A model generated the notes under the pieces. That model was not told the DNA's origin and did no database searches. It was given only the letters and a program-made list of their open reading frames with translations. From Dehalococcoidia bacterium (GTDB lineage Bacteria; Chloroflexota; Dehalococcoidia; UBA6926), in the NCBI GenBank assembly GCA_045562535.1, contig JBJKVP010000008.1:21180-85179 (forward strand): a stretch of DNA of 64,000 bases, in the 5' to 3' direction. The translations under genes were made by a program, and so were the position numbers. Positions within the stretch are counted from its first letter, which is position 1, and each line of letters opens with the position of its first letter. Below are positions 35,731 through 48,250 of this stretch, in pieces.

Positions 35731-36414
35731 CTAATGGAACCATTTTAATGGATTGAGCTCTCTCATGTTAGAGTAATCTTTCAATAAATTACTGACTCTA
35801 TCGCTAATATTGGCCCATTCTTCGCCTTGGTAAATGTTTTGTGTGGCTATTTTCCTGTGCTCTTCGTCATCAAAAGATCGAAACCAGACAAATGTATTGT
35901 CGTCCTCTATTGTTCGAAATAAACCGCCAACATGAACATGATTGTCATAATGTAATTTCAGGATCTTCTCCTGGAAAATCGTTACCCAATCGTCCATTTG
36001 GCCTTCATTTATTTCGTAAACTCTGATTTCATTAATTTGATTCTTATTATCAGTTCGAAACAATTGGTCTCCTGGAGACCATAAGCCTATTGGATATAGT
36101 AATTGTTCTGTACGAGTATCAAGCATACCTCTGATTCTATCTTGTATGTTCAACCAGTCACTACCACCGTATATTCGCGATCGAATCACTTCCCTAGACT
36201 CCAAACCGGGAAAGGATCTTATCCAAATAAATTCATTTTTTTTATTATTATTGAATCCTTCACCCATAATTTCGGCTCCATTAGATTCATTAATAACACG
36301 GACTTCGCTATCAAACGCTCGTACCCAATCGCTTATCACCGAATCATTTATTTCATATATCCTTAACTCCAAAATACTGGAATTGTTGGAATCCATTCTA
36401 CTATCCATATTCAA
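35731..36414 (-). CDS. tandem NIPSNAP-domain protein
   Basis: Two repeats, each starting LELRIYEIN / IRVYEINEG. Overlaps the eno stop by 4 nt. Confidence 0.6.
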   Translation of the reverse strand: MNMDSRMDSNNSSILELRIYEINDSVISDWVRAFDSEVRVINESNGAEIMGEGFNNNKKNEFIWIRSFPGLESREVIRSRIYGGSDWLNIQDRIRGMLDTRTEQLLYPIGLWSPGDQLFRTDNKNQINEIRVYEINEGQMDDWVTIFQEKILKLHYDNHVHVGGLFRTIEDDNTFVWFRSFDDEEHRKIATQNIYQGEEWANISDRVSNLLKDYSNMRELNPLKWFH

Positions 36415-37697
36415 TTAATTCTTCCGATAAGATTACCTGCATACTTTGCACGAGCTCCAAGTATTTCTTCAATGACTAATAGCCTATTATATTTGGCTGT
36501 TCTTTCACCTCGTGCCGGAGCACCTGCCTTTATCTGTCCTGAATTTACCGCGACAGCCAAGTCAGCAATTGTAGTATCCTCTGTTTCTCCAGATCTATGG
36601 CTAATCATTGTCGAATATGAGTTGTCTTTGGCAATTTTAATCACGTCTAAGGTTTCCGTTAATGTACCGACTTGATTGAATTTAACTAAGATAGAATTTG
36701 CGACTTGATTCGCTATTCCTCGTTCCAGCCTAGATTTGGTAGTTACAAATAAATCATCACCAACGAGCTGTACTTTAGAACCAAGTCTACTAGTCAAATT
36801 CATCCACCCTTCCCAGTCGTCTTCAGCCAAAGCATCTTCAATACTTAACAATGGAAAATTTTGGACAAGGTTTTCTAGATTATTAATCATTTGATCTGCT
36901 GAATATTTCTGTTTCTCGCGGGGAAGCAAATAAGAATTATCTTTTCGATCCCATAACTCTGTAGCAGCCACATCTATCGCTAGTTTGCAATCGATTGCAG
37001 GATCTAAACCTATTGACTCAATCGACGTTACTATTAACTCCAAAGCTTCTTGATTAGACTTTAATTCTGGTGCAAACCCTCCTTCGTCCCCAACATTTGT
37101 GGATAGATTGTTTTGGTTGAGTAAGCTCCGTAAAGAGTAATATATTTCATTACCCATCCTTAGTGCCTCAGAGAACGACGGCGCTCCTACGGGAGCAACC
37201 ATGAATTCTTGATAATCAGTTGATTCTGTAGCATGTGCTCCTCCATTTAGAATATTGAAGAATGGCACAGGAAGAGTATTCGATTCTCCAAAACTCAAAT
37301 ATTCGAAGAGCGGTACTCTCCGTGAAGATGCTTCCGCTCGGGCAACAGCAAGAGAGACGCCTAATATTGCATTTGCTCCAAGATAATTTTTATTATCTGT
37401 CCCATCTAGCTCTATCATTCTTTCATCAATGAGTGTTTGATCGCTGGAATCCATATTCAACATATTCTCTTTAATAACGGTACGAATATTATTTACGGCT
37501 TGTCTTACACCCATACCTCGATATCGTGTTGAATCGGTATCCCTGAGTTCTACCGCTTCATGCTTACCTGTACTTGCTCCAGAAGGTACCGTTCCAAGTC
37601 CAGTTGAACCATCCGCTAAGAACACTTCTACCTGAACAGTAGGATTACCTCTTGAATCCAATATTTCTCTTGCCTTTATATCTGTGATATTACTCAT
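36411..37697 (-). CDS. eno: enolase
   Basis: ILDSRGNPTVEV-type N-terminus and the SHRSGETED motif. Confidence 0.95.
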   Translation of the reverse strand: MSNITDIKAREILDSRGNPTVQVEVFLADGSTGLGTVPSGASTGKHEAVELRDTDSTRYRGMGVRQAVNNIRTVIKENMLNMDSSDQTLIDERMIELDGTDNKNYLGANAILGVSLAVARAEASSRRVPLFEYLSFGESNTLPVPFFNILNGGAHATESTDYQEFMVAPVGAPSFSEALRMGNEIYYSLRSLLNQNNLSTNVGDEGGFAPELKSNQEALELIVTSIESIGLDPAIDCKLAIDVAATELWDRKDNSYLLPREKQKYSADQMINNLENLVQNFPLLSIEDALAEDDWEGWMNLTSRLGSKVQLVGDDLFVTTKSRLERGIANQVANSILVKFNQVGTLTETLDVIKIAKDNSYSTMISHRSGETEDTTIADLAVAVNSGQIKAGAPARGERTAKYNRLLVIEEILGARAKYAGNLIGRIN

Positions 37698-37726
37698 TAC
37701 AAATCTCTATACTCTTTTAAGCCTCG

Positions 37727-38305
37727 TCAGTTAAATTTGTTCATTGCCTTTTCAATCCCTGATTTTATGTACATCTCTATACAATCACCAGCCTTGACCA
37801 GCGTGCTCGCAAGGATTTCTTCTTCGTCCGTGTCAAACCTTCCCAAAACATAATTAATAACATCTTCATCTTGTTTACCTACAGAACTTCCTATCCCGAT
37901 TCTTAATCTGGGAAATTCTTCAGTTCCAAGAGCATCTATTATTGACCTGACACCATTATGACCTCCGGCACTACCGTTAGGTCTAAGGCGTATTTTCCCT
38001 AAGGGTAAATCTTTATCATCATATACTATTAATAAATTGTTATTCCCTTTGGCTTGATCATCCATAAATTCAATGACCGCGCTTCCACTATCATTCATAT
38101 ATGTTTTTGGGAGTATCAAGCTAATTGTCATTTCGCCGATTGAACCTTTGCCAACTATGCTAGATACATTTTGAATATTTATCGGTATGTTAAATCGGGC
38201 ACTCAATTCGCTAACTACCATGGCGCCAGCATTGTGCCTAGATTTGGTGTATTTCTTTCCTGGATTTCCCAAGCCAATAATATTGATTATTTCACTCCCA
38301 ATCAT
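37727..38305 (-). CDS. pth: peptidyl-tRNA hydrolase
   Basis: GLGNPG..Y..SRHN and GHNG motifs. Confidence 0.9.
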   Translation of the reverse strand: MIGSEIINIIGLGNPGKKYTKSRHNAGAMVVSELSARFNIPINIQNVSSIVGKGSIGEMTISLILPKTYMNDSGSAVIEFMDDQAKGNNNLLIVYDDKDLPLGKIRLRPNGSAGGHNGVRSIIDALGTEEFPRLRIGIGSSVGKQDEDVINYVLGRFDTDEEEILASTLVKAGDCIEMYIKSGIEKAMNKFN

Positions 38306-38336
38306 TTATGTATGGTTTTACCAAATTGTTATACCG

Positions 38337-40364
<2,028 letters not shown>

Positions 40365-40412
40365 TCAAAATCAATTGGCGCTAAACATTAGTTAATCCAT
40401 GTACTATACCTA

Positions 40413-41993
40413 CTATATGTGAGCGACCCGAACACGGTTAACATCATCAATGCTTTCTATCGCTTTAAGTTGTTCCGTATCCACCTCTTCATCAAGTCCT
40501 AGAACTGTTAATGCCGGGCCTCGAGCGTTCTCTCTGCTAACTTGCATAGAGGCAATATTAATATCGTTTTCCCCTGTAACTGTTCCTATATGCCCAATCA
40601 TACCTGGTCGATCCGTGTGATCGATCATAATCCAAGGTTTCCCCGATGGAACAATATCGACTCGGTGAGAACCTAATTTTACAATATGAACTTCACCATT
40701 AATAAGTGCACCTGAAAGAAGGGAGGATCCTGTAGTGGATTTAGCTTCAATTGTTACAAGATTTCCATAAAATTCTTCTAAGTCCTCATTTTTGCGTTCA
40801 GTAACATGTATCCCTCGCCTTTGAGCGGTCATGGTAGCATTTACAATACTTACTCTTTCTTCTGAGCTTCTTTCCATGAAACCACTTATAGCACTTGCCC
40901 TTAATACTGCAGTATCATATTTGGCAATGTCTCCGTGGAAGATTATCTCCAGAGACTCTGGTTGCCCATCCAAAAGTTGCGAAATGAACTGGCCTACAGA
41001 TACGCAAACAGGAATGAATGGAGTGATCTCTTTGACCGTCTCCGCGGGAGCCAACGGTGCGTTAACGGCATACGACGGAGTTCGTCCTTCCATCACGTCA
41101 AGCATTTGCTCGACCACCTCGTTAGCAACGCCATCTTGTGCTTCTGAAGTTGATGCTCCCAAATGAGGAGTTAACACCAATCTTGGATGGTTATAAGATT
41201 CTGATTTGTTAAGAGGCTCTTCTGAGTATACGTCCAATGCAGCCCCTCCTATATCACCAGCGTGCAACGCATCCAACAAGGCACCTTCATCGATTAAGCC
41301 TCCTCGGGCACAATTTATCAAAAGTGCTGTATTTTTCATATTGGCTATTTGTTCTTTACCAACCAAAAATTTTGAATCTTTAGCGAGTGGTGTATGAAGC
41401 GAGATAATATCTGCAGTTTTGATCAAATATTCAAAATCAACTAACTCAACTCCAGCGTTGACAGCATAATCTACAGATACAAAAGGATCATAGGCGATTA
41501 GTTTTACATCGAATGGTGCCGCTTTTCTTGCAACTTCACTACCTATACGACCTAAACCAACCAAGCCTAAAGTTTTACCGCGAAGTTCAGTCCCCATAAA
41601 GTTTTTACGATCCCATCGACCAGATACCATAGACGAATGCGCTTGTGGTACATGACGAACTAAGGACAAAATCAATGCGATTGTATGTTCCGCTGCTGCT
41701 ACTGTATTAGAAGATGGTGCATTGACAACTACAATCCCTTTCTCGGTAGCTACTGGGATGTCAATATTATCCACACCGACACCAGCACGTCCAACCACCT
41801 GTAAATTTATTCCAGCATCAAGTATCTCTTTAGTAACTTGTGTATCGCTTCTAACTACCAGTCCGTCATAATCACCTATGATTTCAATTAATTCTGACTG
41901 GTTAAGTCCTAATTTTTCATCCACTTCGACCGAATGCGACCTGAACAACTCAATTCCTGATTGAGCGATTCTGTCTGATACTAACACTCGCAT
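40413..41993 (-). CDS. serA: D-3-phosphoglycerate dehydrogenase (long form with ACT domain)
   Basis: GLVGLGRIG NAD motif, 526 aa with a C-terminal ASB/ACT region. Confidence 0.9.
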   Translation of the reverse strand: MRVLVSDRIAQSGIELFRSHSVEVDEKLGLNQSELIEIIGDYDGLVVRSDTQVTKEILDAGINLQVVGRAGVGVDNIDIPVATEKGIVVVNAPSSNTVAAAEHTIALILSLVRHVPQAHSSMVSGRWDRKNFMGTELRGKTLGLVGLGRIGSEVARKAAPFDVKLIAYDPFVSVDYAVNAGVELVDFEYLIKTADIISLHTPLAKDSKFLVGKEQIANMKNTALLINCARGGLIDEGALLDALHAGDIGGAALDVYSEEPLNKSESYNHPRLVLTPHLGASTSEAQDGVANEVVEQMLDVMEGRTPSYAVNAPLAPAETVKEITPFIPVCVSVGQFISQLLDGQPESLEIIFHGDIAKYDTAVLRASAISGFMERSSEERVSIVNATMTAQRRGIHVTERKNEDLEEFYGNLVTIEAKSTTGSSLLSGALINGEVHIVKLGSHRVDIVPSGKPWIMIDHTDRPGMIGHIGTVTGENDINIASMQVSRENARGPALTVLGLDEEVDTEQLKAIESIDDVNRVRVAHI

Positions 41994-42020
41994 GCTTTAC
42001 CTCTAGTCCACACTTGGCTC

Positions 42021-43088
42021 TTATTTTAATATTTTTCTTAACACTTGAAGGGCTTCATCTATCTCTGCATCTGGAATATAACCCAAATGACCTATACGAA
42101 ATATTGATCCGGATAGTTTTCCTTGGCCTCCAGCAAAAACCACTCCTTCAGATCGAGCTTGAGATCTGAATTCTGCTATATCCATACCATCTCCCGCATT
42201 GACAGCTGTAACAGTATTTGAGCAATAAAGTTCATCTTTAGGAAATAAGGAAAGCCCTGCTGATCTGACTTCTGCTCGAACCTTATCGGCAACTCGCTTG
42301 TGTCTCGCATGGATATTTTCAAGCCCTTCGTCAATCATCAATTCTAATGACTTATTTAGTGCGTTAAATAATGACAAAGCAGGAGTCCATGGAGTTTGTC
42401 CCCGTTTTGCATATTCACGGGCTGCAGCTAAATCAAAATAGGCCCTAGGCATTTTCGCTGTCGAATTCGCTTGCCATGCTCTATCACTCATGCTGACCAT
42501 AGCTAATCCAGGAGGAACCATCCATCCTTTCTGTGATCCAGTTACAACAACATCTAAATCCCAATCATCTATCGCGCAGGGTAGAGACCCAAGACTACTC
42601 ACGGCATCAACTATAAGTAATTTATCTCTACTTTTTACCTCTTTTGCAATTTCTTGAAGCGGGTTAGTAACTCCTGTTGAGGTTTCATTATGCGTTATCA
42701 GTACCGATGTAATCTCTGGATCTCGATCTATATATGATGCGACTTCATTAGCTAATACAGGAAGACCCCAGTCTTTCCTGAGCCATATAACTTCCGCACC
42801 ATAAATTTCTGCAATCTTCCCAAATCTATCTCCGAAAGAGCCTATAGAAACCGCTAAAATTTTTTCTCCAGGAGAAAGAACGTTAACAATTGCCGCTTCA
42901 AGGCCTCCTGAACCAGATGCAGTCAAAACTAAAACATCGTTGTCAGTCAAAAATAGTGTTTTTAGATTATCTGTTATCCTTGGTAACATTTTCGCGAATT
43001 CAGGTCCACGATGATCCACCATAGGGCTCATCATAGTTTCCATAATATCGTCTGGAATGGGAGTAGGTCCTGGTGTCCTTAAGTTCAC
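42021..43088 (-). CDS. class V aminotransferase (serine-glyoxylate/alanine-glyoxylate or phosphoserine aminotransferase type)
   Basis: PLP-lysine motif GSQKG. Immediately upstream of serA in the same operon. Confidence 0.8.
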   Translation of the reverse strand: MNLRTPGPTPIPDDIMETMMSPMVDHRGPEFAKMLPRITDNLKTLFLTDNDVLVLTASGSGGLEAAIVNVLSPGEKILAVSIGSFGDRFGKIAEIYGAEVIWLRKDWGLPVLANEVASYIDRDPEITSVLITHNETSTGVTNPLQEIAKEVKSRDKLLIVDAVSSLGSLPCAIDDWDLDVVVTGSQKGWMVPPGLAMVSMSDRAWQANSTAKMPRAYFDLAAAREYAKRGQTPWTPALSLFNALNKSLELMIDEGLENIHARHKRVADKVRAEVRSAGLSLFPKDELYCSNTVTAVNAGDGMDIAEFRSQARSEGVVFAGGQGKLSGSIFRIGHLGYIPDAEIDEALQVLRKILK

Positions 43089-43207
43089 TAATTTAAACTC
43101 CTAATCGATCAATAATTGCTATACAAGACTATCAATCCAATAGCATCATTGTAATTATATGTCAGTAACATGACTTGAGGCTACCTGCAATAAAGAGATT
43201 TACACAC

Positions 43208-44140
43208 TCAGTGTTTAGAAAAATATTCCCTAGTGATCTCGACATCTGCTGCAATTTGTTCAGTGAGTTTATCTACACTTTCAAATTTAATCTCGCCTCG
43301 AACTCTGTGCAAGAATTCTACTTTTATCGTCTCATCATAGATCATTTGGTCAAAATCTAAAATGTATGTTTCCACTGATGTCATTTTGTCCCCGAATGTA
43401 GGATTATCACCTATGTTGGTCACAGATCTATAAATATTTTCTCCTAGTGTTGTAGACGTTACATAAACGCCATCTAAAGGGATAATCCGATTGCTTGGAA
43501 CATCTAAGTTAGCGGTTCTATAACCAATGGTCTGGCCTCTCTGGTGCCCTTTTTTTACCACTGATTCAATAGAATAAGGGCGTCCTAGAAGCTCATTCGC
43601 GGATGCGACATCCCCTATTTCACTCAATAGTTCTCTCAGACGGGTACTGCTCACTCGACCATCGGAAATATTAGTAGAACTAATAGATTCTACTGTGAAA
43701 CCTCTATCTTGACCGATTTTTTTTATGACTTCAATCGTCCCTTTGCGCTTGTACCCCAATGCAAAATCAGGGCCAACAATCAGATGTTTTAGATTTAAGT
43801 TATCCACTAGGTAGCCTATAAAACGTTCAGCTTCTACTGAAGCAAGATCTGTATCGAAAGTTAGAGGTAAAACCACATCTAAACCCAAACCTGCAAGAAC
43901 ATCAATTCTTTCTTGCAGAGCCATTAAATAATAAAACGGGGTTCCAGGCCTCAAGGTCTGTCTAGGGCTATCTTTAAACGTGATACACCCTGAAAGAAGT
44001 CCTTCTTTCTTAGCTCTATTAACTACAGCACTTATGATGGCTTGATGGCCTCTATGAACACCATCAAAAGTTCCAATAGTAAGGATTGTACCTCGAGGAA
44101 CATTCAAGCTTTGAATTTCCTGTAGCGCTGCTAAAGACAC
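43208..44140 (-). CDS. ribF: bifunctional riboflavin kinase / FMN adenylyltransferase
   Basis: GTFDGVHRGH N-terminal motif and the riboflavin kinase C-terminal half (PTAN-like RTANL, E.YI.DF). Confidence 0.9.
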   Translation of the reverse strand: MSLAALQEIQSLNVPRGTILTIGTFDGVHRGHQAIISAVVNRAKKEGLLSGCITFKDSPRQTLRPGTPFYYLMALQERIDVLAGLGLDVVLPLTFDTDLASVEAERFIGYLVDNLNLKHLIVGPDFALGYKRKGTIEVIKKIGQDRGFTVESISSTNISDGRVSSTRLRELLSEIGDVASANELLGRPYSIESVVKKGHQRGQTIGYRTANLDVPSNRIIPLDGVYVTSTTLGENIYRSVTNIGDNPTFGDKMTSVETYILDFDQMIYDETIKVEFLHRVRGEIKFESVDKLTEQIAADVEITREYFSKH

Positions 44141-44161
44141 TGGTCGATCATCTCCTATAAA

Positions 44162-44536
44162 TTATTTTTCATCTAGGCCACGTTTTCTAAGTTCCGACGC
44201 TCGTTTCAGATAAACGTGATGAATATCGCTTTTCGGTTTGTGGGTATTTACTAGTAATAACACTCTAATACATTTGGTAGGTGCCCCGGGAACAGGACTT
44301 TCTTGTGCGGATATGAAGGCGCCGTCGGTCCAATTTAAGCGGACTCTTGCTGCTTCAGCCGGAAAAGCGGCTACTATATCGGGTGTAACGGTAAAAATCG
44401 CAGTTGCGATATCATCTAATGACAACTCGTTTTCGCTAATTAATTGTTTCAATAGATCTTCCGTAGAGTCTAATATTTCTTCACGAATATCATTCTCGAC
44501 AGTCGTGGCTCCTCTGATACCCCTCAACTGTGTCAT
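44162..44536 (-). CDS. aroH: chorismate mutase, AroH class
   Basis: 124 aa, N-terminal LRGIRGATTVE. Confidence 0.85.
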   Translation of the reverse strand: MTQLRGIRGATTVENDIREEILDSTEDLLKQLISENELSLDDIATAIFTVTPDIVAAFPAEAARVRLNWTDGAFISAQESPVPGAPTKCIRVLLLVNTHKPKSDIHHVYLKRASELRKRGLDEK

Positions 44537-44584
44537 ATGTATTAACCCTCACAATCTTAGAATTAGATTCTGCCAATAATAACT

Positions 44585-45376
44585 TTAAAGGCCTTCCTTC
44601 AAATCAGAAACGTACGCCTTTATTGCCTCAGCAAGATCTCCTTCTAGATTTTTATTAATTTTATCGACAAAAGCACTGCCTATAATAACTGCATCTGCAA
44701 CTCCTGAAACTTCCCTAACATGTAGGGGAGTGGAAATGCCAAATCCTAGTGCAACTGGCATATCGGTTTCCTGTTTAACTTTCTTCACAAGCTCTATCCC
44801 TTGCATATCTAGCGTGGATCGCGCCCCAGTGACACCAGCAACGCTAACACAGTAAATAAAAGATTTCGTATGTTTTATAACCTGCGTAATCCGATCTGAA
44901 CCGCTTGTGGGAGCTAACAAATAAATTAGATTAATACCGTAATCGTTCAGAGCATTCTCTAACAGATTAGATTCTTCTGGTGGCAAGTCAGGTACAATTA
45001 AACCATCAACTCCACATGATTTACATGTTTTTGCTAGATCTTGGATACCGTATTGTAGAAAGGGGTTGTAATAACCCATTAGTATTATCGGAGTATCTGG
45101 AGCATACGTTCTCAGGGAAACCGATAGATCAAGACAATCCTGCAATGTCACTCCTTGAGACAAAGCCGCAGTCGAAGCATTTTGAATGGTTGTTCCATCA
45201 GCTAAAGGATCGCTATAAGGTACCCCGATTTCTATCATGTCAGCTCCAGCATCGATGGCTGATTTAATAATCACAGAAGTCGCTTCTAAATCAGGGTATC
45301 CGGCAGTAATATACAAAGATAAAGCTGCCCGGTTAGTTTCCCTCGTCATTTTGAATAGATTTTTTACACGATTCAT
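44585..45376 (-). CDS. trpA: tryptophan synthase alpha chain
   Basis: IEIGVPYSDPLADG, GFGIS motifs. No trpB in the window. Confidence 0.9.
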   Translation of the reverse strand: MNRVKNLFKMTRETNRAALSLYITAGYPDLEATSVIIKSAIDAGADMIEIGVPYSDPLADGTTIQNASTAALSQGVTLQDCLDLSVSLRTYAPDTPIILMGYYNPFLQYGIQDLAKTCKSCGVDGLIVPDLPPEESNLLENALNDYGINLIYLLAPTSGSDRITQVIKHTKSFIYCVSVAGVTGARSTLDMQGIELVKKVKQETDMPVALGFGISTPLHVREVSGVADAVIIGSAFVDKINKNLEGDLAEAIKAYVSDLKEGL

Positions 45377-46095
45377 ACACTTACCATTATTATAATCACA
45401 CTAATAAGATTAAAAGCTGAATGAACCAAAATTGGTGTCATCAGATTAGTAGTCTGATGATACACATAAACGAGTATCAAACCAATAAAAAATGCGATAA
45501 TGGCGTTCGCAGCAACAATATGAGCTAAACCAAATAATAAAGAAGTGGCAATTGCAGATATAATGACTCCGTAACGGTTTGCAATAGAGGGATAAACAAA
45601 ACCACGAAAAAATATCTCTTCTACGACCGGAGCTATAAATATAGCCATGAATCCAAACACCAACAATGATTCTTGGTTTTGGGTGATCACTTCCGGTAAT
45701 GTTGATGGTTGTAAATATTCAACGTCAAAAATAGCTCTGATCACAGCGTAAACTACTGGAACTAAAAAGGTTAATAATATTCCCAAAGGAACGAACTTTA
45801 ACAAAAGGGACATTTCTGGTTTCTTAATACCTAAGCTGCTAATCTTGGACTGTTTTCCACGAATTGCAATAACCCACACCGATATAAGCATAGCTATCTG
45901 AGTAATAAAACTCATAATCAAAACATAAACTTGCGCAATCTGATAATCTGGCAGGAAAGCAGTAAATTTGCTTAGTATATAAGCAAGGCCTATCGAAGCA
46001 ATTATGGGAATTAATAAACTTATTAAGACGGATAATAGCGTTGCTTTAATTCCCCAAGAAATTTCAGGGAAAATTAATTTGCTATTCTGCACCAT
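45373..46095 (-). CDS. CPBP-family intramembrane glutamic endopeptidase
   Basis: EEIFFRG and FGLAH motifs, multi-TM. Confidence 0.8.
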   Translation of the reverse strand: MVQNSKLIFPEISWGIKATLLSVLISLLIPIIASIGLAYILSKFTAFLPDYQIAQVYVLIMSFITQIAMLISVWVIAIRGKQSKISSLGIKKPEMSLLLKFVPLGILLTFLVPVVYAVIRAIFDVEYLQPSTLPEVITQNQESLLVFGFMAIFIAPVVEEIFFRGFVYPSIANRYGVIISAIATSLLFGLAHIVAANAIIAFFIGLILVYVYHQTTNLMTPILVHSAFNLISVIIIMVSV

Positions 46096-46142
46096 AATTG
46101 TAAATCCAAACTTTTAGAAGAATAAATTTTCTATTACTTGAG

Positions 46143-46535
46143 TCAAAAGATTCTTTTGAATTCTGATAAAAACAGTTCGATAAATTTAGCCCGATTTGCT
46201 AGATTAAGAGCTTCTTCAAAAATGGCATCTCTTCCTCGCGGTGTAATTTCATAAATCCGTCTCCGCGGCCCTTTACCTTCGAAATGGATCCATCGAGAAC
46301 TAATCTTCCCTTCAGATTCCATCCTCCTTAATCCTCTGTAAACATTTCCTCCATCAGCAGAATTAGGAATAAAACCTCTGCTCTTTAATTCTTCGAGTAA
46401 AGCGTAACCATGCCTAGGTTGTTCCATAATAAGTAGCAATACTGCAGGCTGTACTAATCCCCATGAAGAAAGTTTATGGGATTGTTCTTCTTCGTTTTGA
46501 TTTGACATCATATTATCTTTAGACGATGGCCTCAA
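46143..46535 (-). CDS. PadR-family transcriptional regulator
   Basis: Winged-helix core LLLIMEQPRHGYALLEELK. An ATG at 46511 would avoid overlap with proS. Confidence 0.75.
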   Translation of the reverse strand: MRPSSKDNMMSNQNEEEQSHKLSSWGLVQPAVLLLIMEQPRHGYALLEELKSRGFIPNSADGGNVYRGLRRMESEGKISSRWIHFEGKGPRRRIYEITPRGRDAIFEEALNLANRAKFIELFLSEFKRIF

Positions 46536-48219
46536 TTATTTTTTCAACATCGTCTAAAGGAATGTTAATTGATTCGGTGTTTGCATCTCTTCTGTTTTTT
46601 ATTTCAACAGTATTACCATTTTTTAAAGATCTAGCGCTCACCGTTGCTCTTACAGGAATTCCTATTAAATCTGCATCGGCAAATTTAACCCCTGGTGACT
46701 CGTCTCGATCATCTAAAATAGTTTCGATCCCTCGTTCTACAAGCGTGTCATATAGCTGATTTGCAGCATCACGAACGGCAACATTATCACTGTTTAAAGA
46801 GATTATTATTATCTGAGCAGGAGATATCGCTTTTGGGAAAACAATCCCATTCTCATCATGGTTACTTTCAACAGCGGCTCCCAATATTCTTCCGACCCCA
46901 ATCCCATAACACCCCATAATCAAAGATTTTTCTATACCGTCACGATCCAAGAATGTGGCTCCAAATGTGTCACTGAAATTTGTTCCTAACTTGAACACAT
47001 GGCCAACTTCTATACCTCTCTTGATCTTCAGCTTTCCATCGCACTCGGTGCATAGTTGATTTTCTTGCACTCTGTTTAAATCAACAAATTCGTCGATTGA
47101 AAAATCAATTCGATGGCGAGCACCTGTGTAGTGATAATCAACTTTATTAGCACCGACAATAAAATCAACATCATTATCTACAGAAGGGTCTGCAATAATG
47201 CGCATACCTTGTAAACCTATTGGGGATATAAAACCCGGTTCTAGACCTTGATCTTTAACTTCAGCATCAGAAGCAATACGTAAATCTTGTGCGTTTAAAT
47301 AATTAGATAGCTTTGTTTCATTAACGTCTAAATCGCCCCGAATCATCACTATCACAATGTTACCATCAGAAATATATACAACACTCTTCAATATTTTTGC
47401 TTTTGAAACTCCAAACGTTTTGCTCAATTCTTCAATGGTCTTAACACTTGGTGTTTCTATTTCCTTTAAACCGTCTTTACTATTGTCTAAAATATTACCA
47501 ATTTTAGATTCAGCTTTTTCCATATTGGCGGCATAATCACAACTGTCGCACAAAACAATTTCATCCTCTCCAGTATCTGTGAGTAATATAAATTCTTGAG
47601 AATCCTTGCCTCCAATAGCTCCACTATCTGCTTCAACGGCTCTAACATCTAGACCACATCGCTCAAAAATACTTCGATAAGCTCCAACCATTCTGTCATA
47701 TGTTTTATCAAGATCATTTTGACTAGCATGGAAAGAGTACGCATCTTTCATAGCAAATTCCCTAACTCTAATTAACCCAGCTCTAGGTCGAGCTTCGTCA
47801 CGGAGTTTTGTCTGAATTTGATAAAGATTTACCGGAAGATCTCTGTAACTTTGTATATGTCCTGTGACAAGTTTGGTTACTACTTCTTCATGGGTAGGGC
47901 CTAATACAAGATCTCGATCTTTTCTATCTTTTAAGCGAAAAAGTGTATCACCAAAAGCACCCAACCTACCGCTTTTTTCCCAAATATCTTCAGGTTGAAG
48001 TGTAGGTAATAGAACTTCTTGCGCTCCGGCTAAATCCATTTCTTCCCTGATGATATTTTCGATCTTTTTTAGTGAACGGAAAGCTAAGGGTAAGTAACTA
48101 TACACTCCTGCAACCAACTGGTTAATAAAACCGGCTTTAATCAGAAGCCGATGACTATTTGTATCTGCATCGGCAGGGTTTTCCCTTGATGTTTTTCCAA
48201 ATAATTGAGAGAGCCTCAT
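46519..48219 (-). CDS. proS: proline--tRNA ligase (bacterial type with editing insertion)
   Basis: 566 aa. Class II motifs (FRDE.RPR, GIEVGHVF.LG, GCYGIGV). Confidence 0.95.
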   Translation of the reverse strand: MRLSQLFGKTSRENPADADTNSHRLLIKAGFINQLVAGVYSYLPLAFRSLKKIENIIREEMDLAGAQEVLLPTLQPEDIWEKSGRLGAFGDTLFRLKDRKDRDLVLGPTHEEVVTKLVTGHIQSYRDLPVNLYQIQTKLRDEARPRAGLIRVREFAMKDAYSFHASQNDLDKTYDRMVGAYRSIFERCGLDVRAVEADSGAIGGKDSQEFILLTDTGEDEIVLCDSCDYAANMEKAESKIGNILDNSKDGLKEIETPSVKTIEELSKTFGVSKAKILKSVVYISDGNIVIVMIRGDLDVNETKLSNYLNAQDLRIASDAEVKDQGLEPGFISPIGLQGMRIIADPSVDNDVDFIVGANKVDYHYTGARHRIDFSIDEFVDLNRVQENQLCTECDGKLKIKRGIEVGHVFKLGTNFSDTFGATFLDRDGIEKSLIMGCYGIGVGRILGAAVESNHDENGIVFPKAISPAQIIIISLNSDNVAVRDAANQLYDTLVERGIETILDDRDESPGVKFADADLIGIPVRATVSARSLKNGNTVEIKNRRDANTESINIPLDDVEKIIEAIV

Positions 48220-48250
48220 AATTTTTCACTGACAACTGAACTATTCATTT